Below are positions 1 to 9,674 of a stretch of DNA of 64,000 nt, piece by piece (within the stretch, counting starts at the first letter, position 1; every line of letters starts with the position of its first letter). The position numbers and the translations under genes were made by a program. Source of the stretch: a phage; the sequence record PX393108.1; one strand, given 5' to 3'. The notes under the pieces were generated by a model that saw only the letters and a list, made by a program, of their open reading frames with translations, was not told the DNA's origin and did not search any database.

Positions 1-1
1 A

Positions 2-706
2 TTTGACGTATCATATGCTGCTTTTTATACTTCTTCTAAAAGAGCTATTGCATTAGAGCATGTTAAACTAAGTAATAGAAAAAGCACAGATGATTATCAA
101 ACTATTTTAGATGTTGTATTTGACAGTTTAGAAGACGTTGGAGCTACGGGATTTCCTAAAAGAACATACGAAAGCGTTGAGCAATTTATGTCAGCAGTCG
201 GTGGAACTAATAACGAAATTGCGCGTCTACCAACTTCAGCTGCTATAAGTAAACTCTCTGATTATAATTTAATTCCTGGCGATGTTCTTTATCTTAAAGC
301 TCAGTTATATGCCGATGCCGATTTACTCGCGCTTGGAACTACAAATATATCTATCCGTTTTTATAATGCATCGAATGGATATATTTCTTCAACACAAGCT
401 GAGTTTACCGGGCAAGCTGGGTCTTGGGAATTAAAAGAAGATTATGTGGTTGTTCCAGAAAACGCTGTCGGATTTACGATATATGCACAAAGAACAGCAC
501 AAGCTGGTCAAGGTGGCATGAGAAATTTAAGCTTTTCTGAAGTGTCAAGAAATGGAGGTATTTCGAAACCTGCTGAATTTGGCGTCAATGGTATTCGTGT
601 TAATTATATCTGTGAATCTGCTTCACCTCCGGATATAATGGTACTTCCTACGCAAGCATCGTCTAAAACTGGTAAAGTGTTTGGGCAAGAATTTAGAGAA
701 GTTTAA
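2..706 (+). CDS. 35: Long tail fibre hinge/connector protein gp35, C-terminal part; 5' end lies upstream of the window
   Basis: Frame is open from position 2 with no stop; translation (FDVSYAAFYTSSKRAIALEH...GQEFREV) matches my recollection of T4 gp35 C-terminus; followed by 36-37-38-t in canonical order. Confidence 0.85.
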   Translation, partial: FDVSYAAFYTSSKRAIALEHVKLSNRKSTDDYQTILDVVFDSLEDVGATGFPKRTYESVEQFMSAVGGTNNEIARLPTSAAISKLSDYNLIPGDVLYLKAQLYADADLLALGTTNISIRFYNASNGYISSTQAEFTGQAGSWELKEDYVVVPENAVGFTIYAQRTAQAGQGGMRNLSFSEVSRNGGISKPAEFGVNGIRVNYICESASPPDIMVLPTQASSKTGKVFGQEFREV

Positions 707-710
707 ATTG

Positions 711-738
711 AGGGAGCCTTCGGGTTCCCTTTTTCTTT
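711..738 (+). terminator. Stem-loop (GGGAGCC-UUCG-GGUUCCC) followed by U-run; putative rho-independent terminator after gene 35
   Basis: Hairpin with UUCG tetraloop immediately 3' of gene 35 stop, followed by TTTTTCTTT. Confidence 0.5.
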
Positions 739-745
739 ATAAATA
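738..745 (+). promoter_or_regulatory. T4-type late promoter core TATAAATA upstream of gene 36
   Basis: Exact TATAAATA octamer about 24 nt upstream of the gene 36 ATG; T4 late promoters (gp55-dependent) have this consensus. Confidence 0.55.
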
Positions 746-768
746 CTATTAAAATAAAGGGGCATACA

Positions 769-1428
769 ATGGCTGATTTAAAAGTAGGTTCAACAACCGG
801 AGGCTCTGTCATTTGGCATCAAGGAAATTTTCCATTGAATCCAGCCGGTGACGATGTACTCTATAAATCATTTAAAATATATTCAGAATATAATAAACCA
901 CAAGCTGCTGATAACGATTTCGTTTCTAAAGCTAATGGCGGTATTTATCTAAACCGAGTTACCTTTAACAAGGGTATTCAAGTCCCGGGAGCTGGCAATG
1001 GTCTGACCGGGATGTTTGTTGGGCCAGGTGATGGAGCAACTTATGATAATGTTAACCTTGATATAATATCTTGGTATGGTATAGGATTTAAATCATCTCA
1101 AGGAACAGGACCTAGGACAATTGTTTTTAACGTTCGTGACGGTGAAATTTCGGCCCGTGGTAATATAAATTCACAGCGTCAGGTGCGAGCCGAAGCCGCA
1201 GCGCCCATTGCCGCAAATGATCTTACTAGAAAAGACTATGTTGATGGAGCAATAAATACTGTTACGGCAAATGCGAACTCTAGAGTGTTACGATCTGGCG
1301 ACACTATGACGGGTAACTTAACCGCACCAAACTTTTTTTCACAGAATCCTGCATCTCAACCTTCACACGTTCCACGATTTGACCAAATCGTAATTAAGGA
1401 TTCTGTTCAAGATTTCGGCTATTATTAA
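769..1428 (+). CDS. 36: Long tail fibre distal-half proximal subunit gp36
   Basis: 219 aa; sequence MADLKVGSTTGGSVIWHQGNF... matches T4 gp36 (about 221 aa); synteny. Confidence 0.9.
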   Translation: MADLKVGSTTGGSVIWHQGNFPLNPAGDDVLYKSFKIYSEYNKPQAADNDFVSKANGGIYLNRVTFNKGIQVPGAGNGLTGMFVGPGDGATYDNVNLDIISWYGIGFKSSQGTGPRTIVFNVRDGEISARGNINSQRQVRAEAAAPIAANDLTRKDYVDGAINTVTANANSRVLRSGDTMTGNLTAPNFFSQNPASQPSHVPRFDQIVIKDSVQDFGYY

Positions 1429-1436
1429 GAGGACTT

Positions 1437-4400
1437 ATGGCTACTTTAAAACAAATACAATTTAAAAGAAGCAAAACCGCAGGTGCACGTCCTGCTGCTT
1501 CAGTATTAGCCGAAGGTGAATTGGCTATAAACTTAAAAGATAGAACAATTTTTACTAAAGATGATTTAGGAAATATCATTGACTTAAGCATTTCTGCTGG
1601 CGGTAGTATCAGTGGAAATATCACTCAAACTGGCGATTATTTACAAAATGGAACATATAATCTTAATGGAAACCAGTTTGTTTATGCAGGAAAATATATT
1701 GAATTTTTACCTAAAACTGCTGGTAATGGTGCTTGGGCAAACCAACATAAAAATAAAGCTCCTATCTTTACAGATTTAAGTTCAACTACTTCTACTTCAG
1801 AATACCATCCGCTAATTAAGCAGCGTTACAAAGATGGGACTTTTTCTGTTGGTACGTTAGTAAATGAAGGAAGTTTTAAAATTCATTATATTAATGAATC
1901 GGGAACTTCAAAATATTGGACATTTCGTAGAGATGGTGGATTTGTTGTTGATACAGGAAGTTTAACAGTAACAGATGGAAATATTTCTGCTTCTGGTAAT
2001 ATTAATTCGGCTACTGGGATAGTTTCTGCTCCGCGCGTCAATACAAAAAATATTAACCTGAGTTCTAAAACCTTTATACCGAATAATGACACGGGTTATG
2101 ACATTGTTTCTTTACCTACTTGGATTTATAATCCACCAGCAGATGGTTCTGACCGTGATACAAACGGATTGAACTACATGCGTAAAATGCGGGCTTCAAA
2201 TACTTCTAGCATTTTCCATGAAATAGTTGACTGTCGTTCGGGAAAACCACAAGAAATTTCTTGGTGGACCGGCGTAGGACCTTCATCTTTCCAGTGGGCG
2301 TTTGATACCTCTGGACGTATTACCGCAGGTAAATCTATTTCAGTAGGTCTTCCTGATAGTGGTACAAATGGTCGTTATCCTTTAGATTCTGCAATTTCTA
2401 TTGGTATTGCGATTGGCGATAACGATACCGGTATTAAATGGGTCCGCGATGGCGTTTATGACCTGATGGCTAACGGTATTTCATCCGCTACCATTTTGAA
2501 TAATGGTATTAATAGTACTAAAAAATTGATGGTTGGTTATAGTCGAGATTCCGGTTCTACTTGGGATTTCCCAAATAACAACCAAGCAATGTTTACTGCG
2601 CGTACAGATATTGATGGTAATAATAACGGCGATGGTCAGACTCATATTGGTTATAGCAGCAATTCTAAAATGTATCACTATTTCCGTGGCACGGGTCGTA
2701 TGTCTGTTAGCATGGGCGATGGACTTCTTGTTGAGCCAGGTATTTTAGACATTAAAACTGGGTCTAATAGAGTTGCTATTAGAGCAGATGGTACATTTGA
2801 CTCAACCCAACGTATTTCAATGCGTACTGGATTATTTTTATCAGGTGATGATAATACCAATGCTTTGTCATTTAAAGCGCCTACAGGTGTTGACGGGACA
2901 AAAACCATTAACTGGGATGCAGGCACTCGTAATGGTCAGAATAAAAATACTGTAACCATTAAAGCGTGGGGTAACTCATTTAACTCAACTCCAGGTAATA
3001 GAGAAACTGTATTCGAAGTTTCAGATTCACAAGGTTATTATTTCTACGCTCAACGTACTAATCCTGCGTCAGGTCAAACAGTAGGTCCTATTAATTTTAA
3101 ATTTAATGGTACTGTAGAAACTGGACATATTGTCGGGCTCGGAAATATAAGTGCCTCTGGTACAGGTTCTTTTGGTGGCAATGTTACTATGTCTAACGGT
3201 TTGTTTGTCCAAGGTGGTTCTTCTATTACTGGACAAGTTAAAATCGGCGGAACTGTTGATGCATTAAGAATTTGGAATGCTGAATACGGTGCTATTTTCC
3301 GTCGTTCAGAAGCATCTTTGCATATTATCCCGACTCCTAAAGATGCCGGTGAAAGTGGTGGAATAAGTAATCTTCGTCCGCTTAGTATCAGCCTTAATAA
3401 TGGTATGGTACAAATGCGTCATTCTGTCACGTTAGGCGATGACAGCAGAGGTGGCAATATGATTACTGTAGACAACGATAATAAACTTGTTGTTATTACT
3501 AGTCATAGTCGCATTTCTCCTAATTACCGTATGCAGTTAGGTCAGGCTGCGTACATTGATGCAGAATGTACTGATGCTGTTCGCCCTGCTGGTGCAGGTT
3601 CATTCGCTTCACAAAATAATGAAAACGTTCGTGCTCCGTTCTACATGAATATAGATAGAACCGATACAAGCACTTATGTTCCTATTTTGAAGCAACGTTA
3701 TGTCCAAGGTAATGGTTGCTATTCATTAGGAACTTTAATTAATAATGGTAACTTCAGGGTTCATTATCATGGTGGCGGAGATAACGGTTCTTCAGGACCA
3801 CAAACAGCTGATTTTGGATGGGAATTTATTAAAAACGGTGATTTTATTTCACCTCGCGATTTAATAGCAGGCAAAGTCAGATTTGATAGAACTGGTAATA
3901 TTACCGGTGGTTCTGGTAATTTTGCTAACTTAGATACGACTTTAAACCGTAAAGTAACTACCGGCTGGATTAACTATTCTTCTGTGAGTGGTTGGTATAA
4001 ATTGGCAACAGTAACTATGCCTCAAGGTGTAGCTACGGTCCAATTTAAAATAACAGGCGGTTCCGGTTTTAACGTTGGTATTTTCAAACAAGCAACAATT
4101 AATGAAATTGTATTACGCTCGGGTAATAATACACCTAAAGGAATTAATGGTGTTTTATGGCAGCGTGAAACAGATGCTATTAAAGATATTGCGTATATTA
4201 ATACCTCAGGCGATGAGTATGATGTTTATATTAGTTGTGGCACTTATTTAAATAGACTTACCATAGAATATAGCACTTCAGAAAATGCTTCTGTGGTAGT
4301 TCATGGATTATATGGGCCTACGCAATCGCCGGTAGAAGAGCTTCCTGTAGATATTGTTAAAGGTCGTGTTTTTAAACTTCTTAATAATAGCTCAGGCGTT

Positions 4401-5393
4401 TTTGACGCGGGTAGTTCTAATATTTCTACAAATGCAACTTTTGTGGCAAATACTACTATAGGATACCGTCACAAATCTAACGGCGACGAAAGTGGCTCTG
4501 CAGCTGCTCTGTTTTATAATGATGGTACTACGTTCCACATATTATTAACAGATAAAAATACCGATACTGATAAAACTAAAGCCTCGGGTTCTTATAATAG
4601 CTTGAGACCTTTTTCTATCAATATCGCTTCAGGTAAAGTAACTATTTCAAACTCTATGAGCGTTTCTGGGGTATCAGAGTTTTGGAATGGCCTTAACATC
4701 AAAAATAATGGAAGCATTAACTTTGATAAGTCTGGTGCTAACCCGAGAAATATGAGAATATTTCATGCTGGCGATGCTTCTCGCGGTAACCGCATTGAAA
4801 TTGCAGATGAAACTAACTATATTGCTTACTTTGAAAAAACTCCAGGTGGAGCTAACCGCTTTGTAGTAAATAATGCTACTGTAGCTGGTGTTAACCAAAT
4901 GAATTCATTTGGTATTAATATCAATAACGCACTTGGTGGAAATAGTATAGCATTTGGTGATAATGATACTGGAATTAAACAATCCGGTGACGGAATTCTT
5001 GATATCATTACTAACGCCGCACGCCGAATGAGATTCCAATCGGGTGACACTTATTCTGACATGAATATAAATGCACCAAACGTTTATATTCGTTCTGATA
5101 TTCGTTTGAAATCTAATTTCAGACCTATTGAAAATGCTCTTGAAAAGGTTGAACAGCTTGATGGTTTAATCTATGATAAAGCTGACTATATAGGCGGTGA
5201 AATTGTTCAGACTGAAGCGGGTATTGTGGCTCAAACACTGCAAGATGTTTTACCAGAAGCAGTTCGTGAAGTTGAAGATATTAAGGGTAATAAAATACTC
5301 ACTGTTTCTTCTCAATCCCAGATTGCTCTTCTAGTTGAAGCTGTGAAAACACTTTCTGCTCGTGTAAAAGAACTTGAATATAAACTTATGTAA
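1437..5393 (+). CDS. 37: Long tail fibre distal subunit gp37, T2/T6-like (1318 aa) with C-terminal intramolecular-chaperone-like domain
   Basis: Large Gly/Ser/Asn/Thr-rich fibre protein directly after gene 36; length differs from T4 gp37 (1026 aa); last ~110 aa (…IYDKADYIGGEIVQTEAGIVAQTLQDVLPEAVREVEDIKGNKILTVSSQSQIALLVEAVKTLSARVKELEYKLM) resembles the auto-cleaved C-terminal chaperone domain of fibre/endosialidase proteins. Confidence 0.9.
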   Translation: MATLKQIQFKRSKTAGARPAASVLAEGELAINLKDRTIFTKDDLGNIIDLSISAGGSISGNITQTGDYLQNGTYNLNGNQFVYAGKYIEFLPKTAGNGAWANQHKNKAPIFTDLSSTTSTSEYHPLIKQRYKDGTFSVGTLVNEGSFKIHYINESGTSKYWTFRRDGGFVVDTGSLTVTDGNISASGNINSATGIVSAPRVNTKNINLSSKTFIPNNDTGYDIVSLPTWIYNPPADGSDRDTNGLNYMRKMRASNTSSIFHEIVDCRSGKPQEISWWTGVGPSSFQWAFDTSGRITAGKSISVGLPDSGTNGRYPLDSAISIGIAIGDNDTGIKWVRDGVYDLMANGISSATILNNGINSTKKLMVGYSRDSGSTWDFPNNNQAMFTARTDIDGNNNGDGQTHIGYSSNSKMYHYFRGTGRMSVSMGDGLLVEPGILDIKTGSNRVAIRADGTFDSTQRISMRTGLFLSGDDNTNALSFKAPTGVDGTKTINWDAGTRNGQNKNTVTIKAWGNSFNSTPGNRETVFEVSDSQGYYFYAQRTNPASGQTVGPINFKFNGTVETGHIVGLGNISASGTGSFGGNVTMSNGLFVQGGSSITGQVKIGGTVDALRIWNAEYGAIFRRSEASLHIIPTPKDAGESGGISNLRPLSISLNNGMVQMRHSVTLGDDSRGGNMITVDNDNKLVVITSHSRISPNYRMQLGQAAYIDAECTDAVRPAGAGSFASQNNENVRAPFYMNIDRTDTSTYVPILKQRYVQGNGCYSLGTLINNGNFRVHYHGGGDNGSSGPQTADFGWEFIKNGDFISPRDLIAGKVRFDRTGNITGGSGNFANLDTTLNRKVTTGWINYSSVSGWYKLATVTMPQGVATVQFKITGGSGFNVGIFKQATINEIVLRSGNNTPKGINGVLWQRETDAIKDIAYINTSGDEYDVYISCGTYLNRLTIEYSTSENASVVVHGLYGPTQSPVEELPVDIVKGRVFKLLNNSSGVFDAGSSNISTNATFVANTTIGYRHKSNGDESGSAAALFYNDGTTFHILLTDKNTDTDKTKASGSYNSLRPFSINIASGKVTISNSMSVSGVSEFWNGLNIKNNGSINFDKSGANPRNMRIFHAGDASRGNRIEIADETNYIAYFEKTPGGANRFVVNNATVAGVNQMNSFGININNALGGNSIAFGDNDTGIKQSGDGILDIITNAARRMRFQSGDTYSDMNINAPNVYIRSDIRLKSNFRPIENALEKVEQLDGLIYDKADYIGGEIVQTEAGIVAQTLQDVLPEAVREVEDIKGNKILTVSSQSQIALLVEAVKTLSARVKELEYKLM

Positions 5394-5395
5394 AA

Positions 5396-5411
5396 GAGGG
5401 CTTCGGCCCTC
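5396..5411 (+). terminator. GC-rich UUCG-tetraloop hairpin (GAGGGC-UUCG-GCCCUC) after gene 37; weak terminator or RNA-stability element
   Basis: Perfect 6-bp stem with UUCG loop just 3' of the gene 37 stop; no strong U-tract. Confidence 0.35.
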
Positions 5412-5423
5412 TAAGGATTTTTA

Positions 5424-6209
5424 ATGGCAATTGTAGGTGTTCCTGGCTGGATTGGTGAATCTGCCGTGAATGAAACTGGACAACGTTGGATGGATGCTGC
5501 AATGAAAGCAGTTCGTGTTTCAGTTCCCGGTTGGATGAGCTCAATGGCTGGACAATCTAAAGAAGTATATTATAGCATTGGTGCTAGCAATTCTTATAAT
5601 AAAGACACACTAATAAATTGGATAAAAGCCCAAGGAAGTACTCCTGTTGTTATTACAATTACAGGCAATATCGTTTCTTCATCGACAGGTCAACCATGCT
5701 TAGATTTTCCTAGCTCATTAACTAATGCGTACGTGACACTTAATATCAATTCAGGTGTGCATGTTTGGGGTCGTGGAGGGAATGGTGGAAATAACTCTGC
5801 TGGTGGAGCAGGAGGAACTGCAATAAATAACGGAATTGGAACTAGATTACGTATTAACAACAACGGTGTTATCGCAGGAGGCGGTGGCGGCGGTGGCGGC
5901 GGATACTACTCTCCTTTTTCACAAATGAAATTGACTTTTGGCGGTGGCGGCGGTCGTCCATTTGGTGCTGCTGGCGGCTCTGCTAATATGGAACAAGGTG
6001 CTACCGCTGGTACTATTTCTGCACCCGGTAAAGGGTCTGTTAACGGTATCTATAATGGCGGGAATGGTGGTGATGCCGGAGCTGCAGGAGGTAAATGTAA
6101 TATTCGCGGCCAAGGATCAGAATATAACGGCGGCGCAGCAGGTAAAGCTGTTACTGGTAATGCTCCAACTTGGACTAAAGTTGGTACAATATACGGTTCA
6201 AGAGTATAA
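5424..6209 (+). CDS. 38: Receptor-recognising adhesin gp38 (T2-type, glycine-rich motifs)
   Basis: 261 aa with poly-Gly islands (GGGGGGGGGYY, FGGGGGRPFGAAGG) separated by variable segments; position after gene 37 and before t; T2-family gp38 is a tip adhesin of this architecture, unlike the 183-aa T4 gp38 chaperone. Confidence 0.85.
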   Translation: MAIVGVPGWIGESAVNETGQRWMDAAMKAVRVSVPGWMSSMAGQSKEVYYSIGASNSYNKDTLINWIKAQGSTPVVITITGNIVSSSTGQPCLDFPSSLTNAYVTLNINSGVHVWGRGGNGGNNSAGGAGGTAINNGIGTRLRINNNGVIAGGGGGGGGGYYSPFSQMKLTFGGGGGRPFGAAGGSANMEQGATAGTISAPGKGSVNGIYNGGNGGDAGAAGGKCNIRGQGSEYNGGAAGKAVTGNAPTWTKVGTIYGSRV

Positions 6210-6239
6210 TTTGAATAAATATCCTTAAAAGGAGGGTCT

Positions 6240-6896
6240 ATGGCAGCACCTAGAATATCATTTTCGCCCTCTGATATTCTGTTGGGTGTTCTAGATCGCT
6301 TGTTCAAAGATAATGCTACCGGGAAAGTTCTTGCTTCCCGGGTAGCTGTCGTAATTCTTTTGTTTATAATGGCGATTGTTTGGTATAGGGGAGATAGTTT
6401 CTTTGAGTACTATAAGCAATCAAAGTATGAAACATACAGTGAAATTATTGAAAAGGAAAGAAATGCACGCTTTGAATCTGTCGCCCTGGAACAACTCCAG
6501 ATAGTTCATATATCATCTGAGGCAGACTTTAGTGCGGTGTATTCTTTCCGCCCTAAAAACTTAAACTATTTTGTTGATATTATAGCATATGAAGGAAGAC
6601 TACCTTCAACAATAACCGAAAAATCACTTGGAGGATATCCTGTTGATAAAACTATGGATGAATATACCGTTCATTTAAATGGACGTCATTATTATTCCAA
6701 CTCAAAATTTGCTTTTTTACCGACTAAAAAGCCTACTCCCGAAATAAATTACATGTACAGTTGTCCATATTTTAATTTGGATAATATCTATGCTGGAACA
6801 ATAACCATGTACTGGTATAGAAATGATCATATAAGTAATGACCGCCTTGAATCAATATGTTCTCAGGCGGCCAGAATATTAGGAAGGGCTAAATAA
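6240..6896 (+). CDS. t: Holin t
   Basis: 218 aa; N-terminal TM segment (VAVVILLFIMAIVWY) and large periplasmic domain; matches T4 holin T length and sequence as I recall it. Confidence 0.95.
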   Translation: MAAPRISFSPSDILLGVLDRLFKDNATGKVLASRVAVVILLFIMAIVWYRGDSFFEYYKQSKYETYSEIIEKERNARFESVALEQLQIVHISSEADFSAVYSFRPKNLNYFVDIIAYEGRLPSTITEKSLGGYPVDKTMDEYTVHLNGRHYYSNSKFAFLPTKKPTPEINYMYSCPYFNLDNIYAGTITMYWYRNDHISNDRLESICSQAARILGRAK

Positions 6897-7169
6897 TTAT
6901 TTGTTTGTATACATCTCTAGATATCGATATACACCCTCAAAACCCTCGTTGAATTCGTCGATGAGGGTTTTCTTATCTTCTTGGGTTAATTCAGAAACAA
7001 TTTTACGGAATGAATTCTGATTTAATTTTCTACCTTCATGCGTTACTCCAATCTCATTCAGAAATGCAATAAAATTAGCACGATTCTCAACAATATCTTC
7101 TCTGGAAAATTTAATCAAAATGGACGCAACAGTAATAATTTCACGAACTGTATCAATGTTTTTATTCAT
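6897..7169 (-). CDS. asiA: Anti-sigma-70 factor AsiA
   Basis: 90 aa, MNKNIDTVREIITVASILIKFSREDIVENRANFIAFLNEIGV... matches T4 AsiA. Confidence 0.95.
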   Translation of the reverse strand: MNKNIDTVREIITVASILIKFSREDIVENRANFIAFLNEIGVTHEGRKLNQNSFRKIVSELTQEDKKTLIDEFNEGFEGVYRYLEMYTNK

Positions 7170-7181
7170 TAACTATACCAC

Positions 7182-7334
7182 TCAATTAGTTGACTTTATT
7201 ATAATATCATCAGACGCTTGATTTGTAAACTGGTCTGTGTTATTTTCTTCAAAAATTTTTTCTACGAATTCCTTGAACGACTTACGTTCCTGAGCTACAT
7301 TATGCTCGATTACCTTTTCAAGATTATGACTCAT
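7182..7334 (-). CDS. Small hypothetical protein (50 aa), start overlaps arn stop (ATGA)
   Basis: Hand-translated ORF MSHNLEKVIEHNVAQERKSFKEFVEKIFEENNTDQFTNQASDDIIIKSTN in the arn-asiA gap; below the ORF-track size cut-off. Confidence 0.3.
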   Translation of the reverse strand: MSHNLEKVIEHNVAQERKSFKEFVEKIFEENNTDQFTNQASDDIIIKSTN

Positions 7335-7609
7335 TCGAAATAATCTTCAATTTCGTAATCATGGACATAAATCATTATAGTTTTTAATACATCATCAATA
7401 CTTTTTCCTGGAGCTGGAATTACGTAAAAATATCCCGCCTTTGAGTTATCTTTATAAGTTCCAATCAAGAAATCATTATTCTCGAGATGCAGTTCTTCAA
7501 CTAATTCATTAACAATTGAGTGGTATAAATTTGGTAGAAACTTATATAGCTTTTCTAGAATATCAATTTTGATTGTATATTGAACCACAGATTGAGAATC
7601 AATAATCAT
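7331..7609 (-). CDS. arn: Anti-restriction nuclease Arn (McrBC inhibitor)
   Basis: 92 aa, acidic; length and position next to asiA consistent with T4 Arn. Confidence 0.8.
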   Translation of the reverse strand: MIIDSQSVVQYTIKIDILEKLYKFLPNLYHSIVNELVEELHLENNDFLIGTYKDNSKAGYFYVIPAPGKSIDDVLKTIMIYVHDYEIEDYFE

Positions 7610-7692
7610 AGACCTTCCCCTTATGTTTCTGTTTGCGATTAGATTCTTTAAACGCTTTCTTCTTATCCTTATGAACAGAAGCTTTATTAAAA

Positions 7693-7911
7693 TTATGTTT
7701 TGCGACTAAATTGTTCATAGTGCTGAATTACCTCTCTTAAACATTTGCATGTGAATGAAAACTTTTTAGCTACACCACATTCAAATATATGTTCTCTTAA
7801 ATCACGTGTATCAGTATATCCCATCTCAACGATAAAATGCCGTATTAGATTTTTATCTTTATCATTAAGAGAATTAAAATAATCGGATTTTGAATTAATT
7901 TCCCTGGCCAA
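7693..7911 (-). CDS. Hypothetical early protein (72 aa)
   Basis: ORF with tight stop/start coupling to neighbours; no recognisable motif. Confidence 0.5.
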   Translation of the reverse strand: MAREINSKSDYFNSLNDKDKNLIRHFIVEMGYTDTRDLREHIFECGVAKKFSFTCKCLREVIQHYEQFSRKT

Positions 7912-8191
7912 ATTGAATCACCTTCAGTTGACGTTTTAGTTCTTTTATCATCTCTTCGTTCATCGCAATATAAAGATCGCGTAAAGCAGGCTTTAGCATT
8001 CCATTTACTGGAGAACTAAATGGGCATACATAATCTTTTCCTACGAGCTTTTTAGTGAATTCCATATTACAGAACTGAAATGCCGGTTCATTGGCATAAA
8101 TTCCCCATTTGGTTGACATCATTTTATTGGCATATTCTAATGCCTGGATTTGATTCATAATTCCATCAATTTGAAACTTTTTAATATTCAT
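7895..8191 (-). CDS. Hypothetical early protein (98 aa)
   Basis: ORF packed in the same-strand operon between arn and motA. Confidence 0.55.
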   Translation of the reverse strand: MNIKKFQIDGIMNQIQALEYANKMMSTKWGIYANEPAFQFCNMEFTKKLVGKDYVCPFSSPVNGMLKPALRDLYIAMNEEMIKELKRQLKVIQFGQGN

Positions 8192-8652
8192 TAGTAAAGG
8201 TCCTCAGAGTAAAGTTCTTTTTCACTACCACCACGTTCAATACGCACTTGTCCAGCATAAGTTGCAATAATCATTGCTTCTTCACGTGTCCAATAATTAC
8301 TATATTGGTCAATAAACCCTTGGTCATCATCACAAACTTGTTGAGTAACTAATTGAGGTTTAACTGCATCTAAAACTGCTGCCATATCTTTAGAATAATG
8401 ACGAGCACCTGGAATAACAAGAGTTCGTCCATCTTTTAATTTAAAACGGTTGGCTGCGCAAACAATTCGTCGTTGATACTTTTGGTTTTCATCCCAGTAT
8501 GCAGTCTGCCAACAGATTTCAGGAACTTCATCTAAAACATTTTGTTCTGTGTATTCACCACTGTAAGAAGCTAATTTAGCCGCCAAACTTTCTGGAGTCT
8601 CACGTGACAAAGCTTTATCTAACAGAGCTAAACGTTCTTTAAAAGTTTTCAT
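8191..8652 (-). CDS. Hypothetical early protein (153 aa)
   Basis: ORF with 1-nt stop/start overlap to the downstream gene; no motif recognised. Confidence 0.6.
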   Translation of the reverse strand: MKTFKERLALLDKALSRETPESLAAKLASYSGEYTEQNVLDEVPEICWQTAYWDENQKYQRRIVCAANRFKLKDGRTLVIPGARHYSKDMAAVLDAVKPQLVTQQVCDDDQGFIDQYSNYWTREEAMIIATYAGQVRIERGGSEKELYSEDLY

Positions 8653-8993
8653 TTAAACCATCCTTTAATACGCTGCCACAAAGTTTTCTGTTGAGCTTTG
8701 TTAACACCAATTGAGCGAATAACTGGTTGAGATTCCTGGAATTCTTTATAATCAGCAAGGTAAATTTCGTAAGCTGCATCCGTAAATGAACTTATCGCTG
8801 CCATGAAGTTTTTACGTACACCGCCAGGAGCTACTCCGTTGGGTAATTCAGAATTTTCACGAATAATTAAATATAACCCAGCTCTAACCTTAACAATAGT
8901 TCCAAGATAAGCTCCATGGTACCAGATATCCCACCCCTCTTGAGTGGGTTCTGCACAACGACGAAGTTCATTGATAATTTCTAACTTGTTCAT
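8649..8993 (-). CDS. Hypothetical early protein (114 aa)
   Basis: ORF overlapping the downstream start by 4 nt (translational coupling). Confidence 0.6.
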   Translation of the reverse strand: MNKLEIINELRRCAEPTQEGWDIWYHGAYLGTIVKVRAGLYLIIRENSELPNGVAPGGVRKNFMAAISSFTDAAYEIYLADYKEFQESQPVIRSIGVNKAQQKTLWQRIKGWFK

Positions 8994-9003
8994 TATTTAT
9001 TCC

Positions 9004-9639
9004 TCACAGTTCAGATGCTACGGTGATTACTGCTTCAATGTTTTCTGCCGAGCGTTTAATGTCAAGATACACATTACCATTTTTAGCGATTTTACATGAC
9101 ATTCCGATATCAGTAAATTTCTGAATATGATGTTCCATCATTTTGTATCCAAAAATTCGCATATTTCCATTGTTGTTAATTTCAAAATTACGAATTCCGT
9201 GAGTGCGTTTTTCTAAAATAGCGAGATAGTTACTACGATAAGTTTCAACCTTTTTAAGAACAAATCCATTTTCATCTAAAAGTTTTAACATGAAGTCTTT
9301 ATCTTCTTCCATATCAGAAGTAATCTCACGAGCTTTACGAGTTGCTCGTTTTTTCAGTAGTTCCGGAGCATTTTCCTGTGCGTATAAAGTTGCTGCATTT
9401 GAAATAATATCCTGAGCTTCACCAGTAATGATTAATCCATCACCAGATTTCTCCACCAGGCCTTTTTTAATCAATACCCCAATATTACTATTAACTACTG
9501 CATTACCTAAATCTGGATGCACCTCACGAACTTCTGCAGCTGTAATGAAATCTTTCTTAGCAATGGTAATTAAAATCGCAGCAGTTTTTTCATTCAGAAC
9601 ATCGTTAGAAGCTTTGATGATGTAAGTTACTTTAGACAT
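9004..9639 (-). CDS. motA: Middle-transcription activator MotA
   Basis: 211 aa, MSKVTYIIKASNDVLNEKTAAILITIAKKDFITAAEVREVHPDLGN... matches T4 MotA. Confidence 0.95.
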   Translation of the reverse strand: MSKVTYIIKASNDVLNEKTAAILITIAKKDFITAAEVREVHPDLGNAVVNSNIGVLIKKGLVEKSGDGLIITGEAQDIISNAATLYAQENAPELLKKRATRKAREITSDMEEDKDFMLKLLDENGFVLKKVETYRSNYLAILEKRTHGIRNFEINNNGNMRIFGYKMMEHHIQKFTDIGMSCKIAKNGNVYLDIKRSAENIEAVITVASEL

Positions 9640-9674
9640 TTTCTAATCTCCGTAATTCTGTATCAGTAGTTGAT

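Noticed and set aside
1394-1624. 76-aa minus-strand ORF overlapping the gene 36/37 junction
   Set aside because: Antisense to well-supported late structural genes; no promoter or RBS context
5938-6307. Overlapping ORFs in alternative frames of gene 38 (96 aa on +, 85 aa and 64 aa on -)
   Set aside because: Products of the GGC/GGT-rich repeat read in other frames (poly-Ala/Val/Pro); gp38 frame is the conserved one
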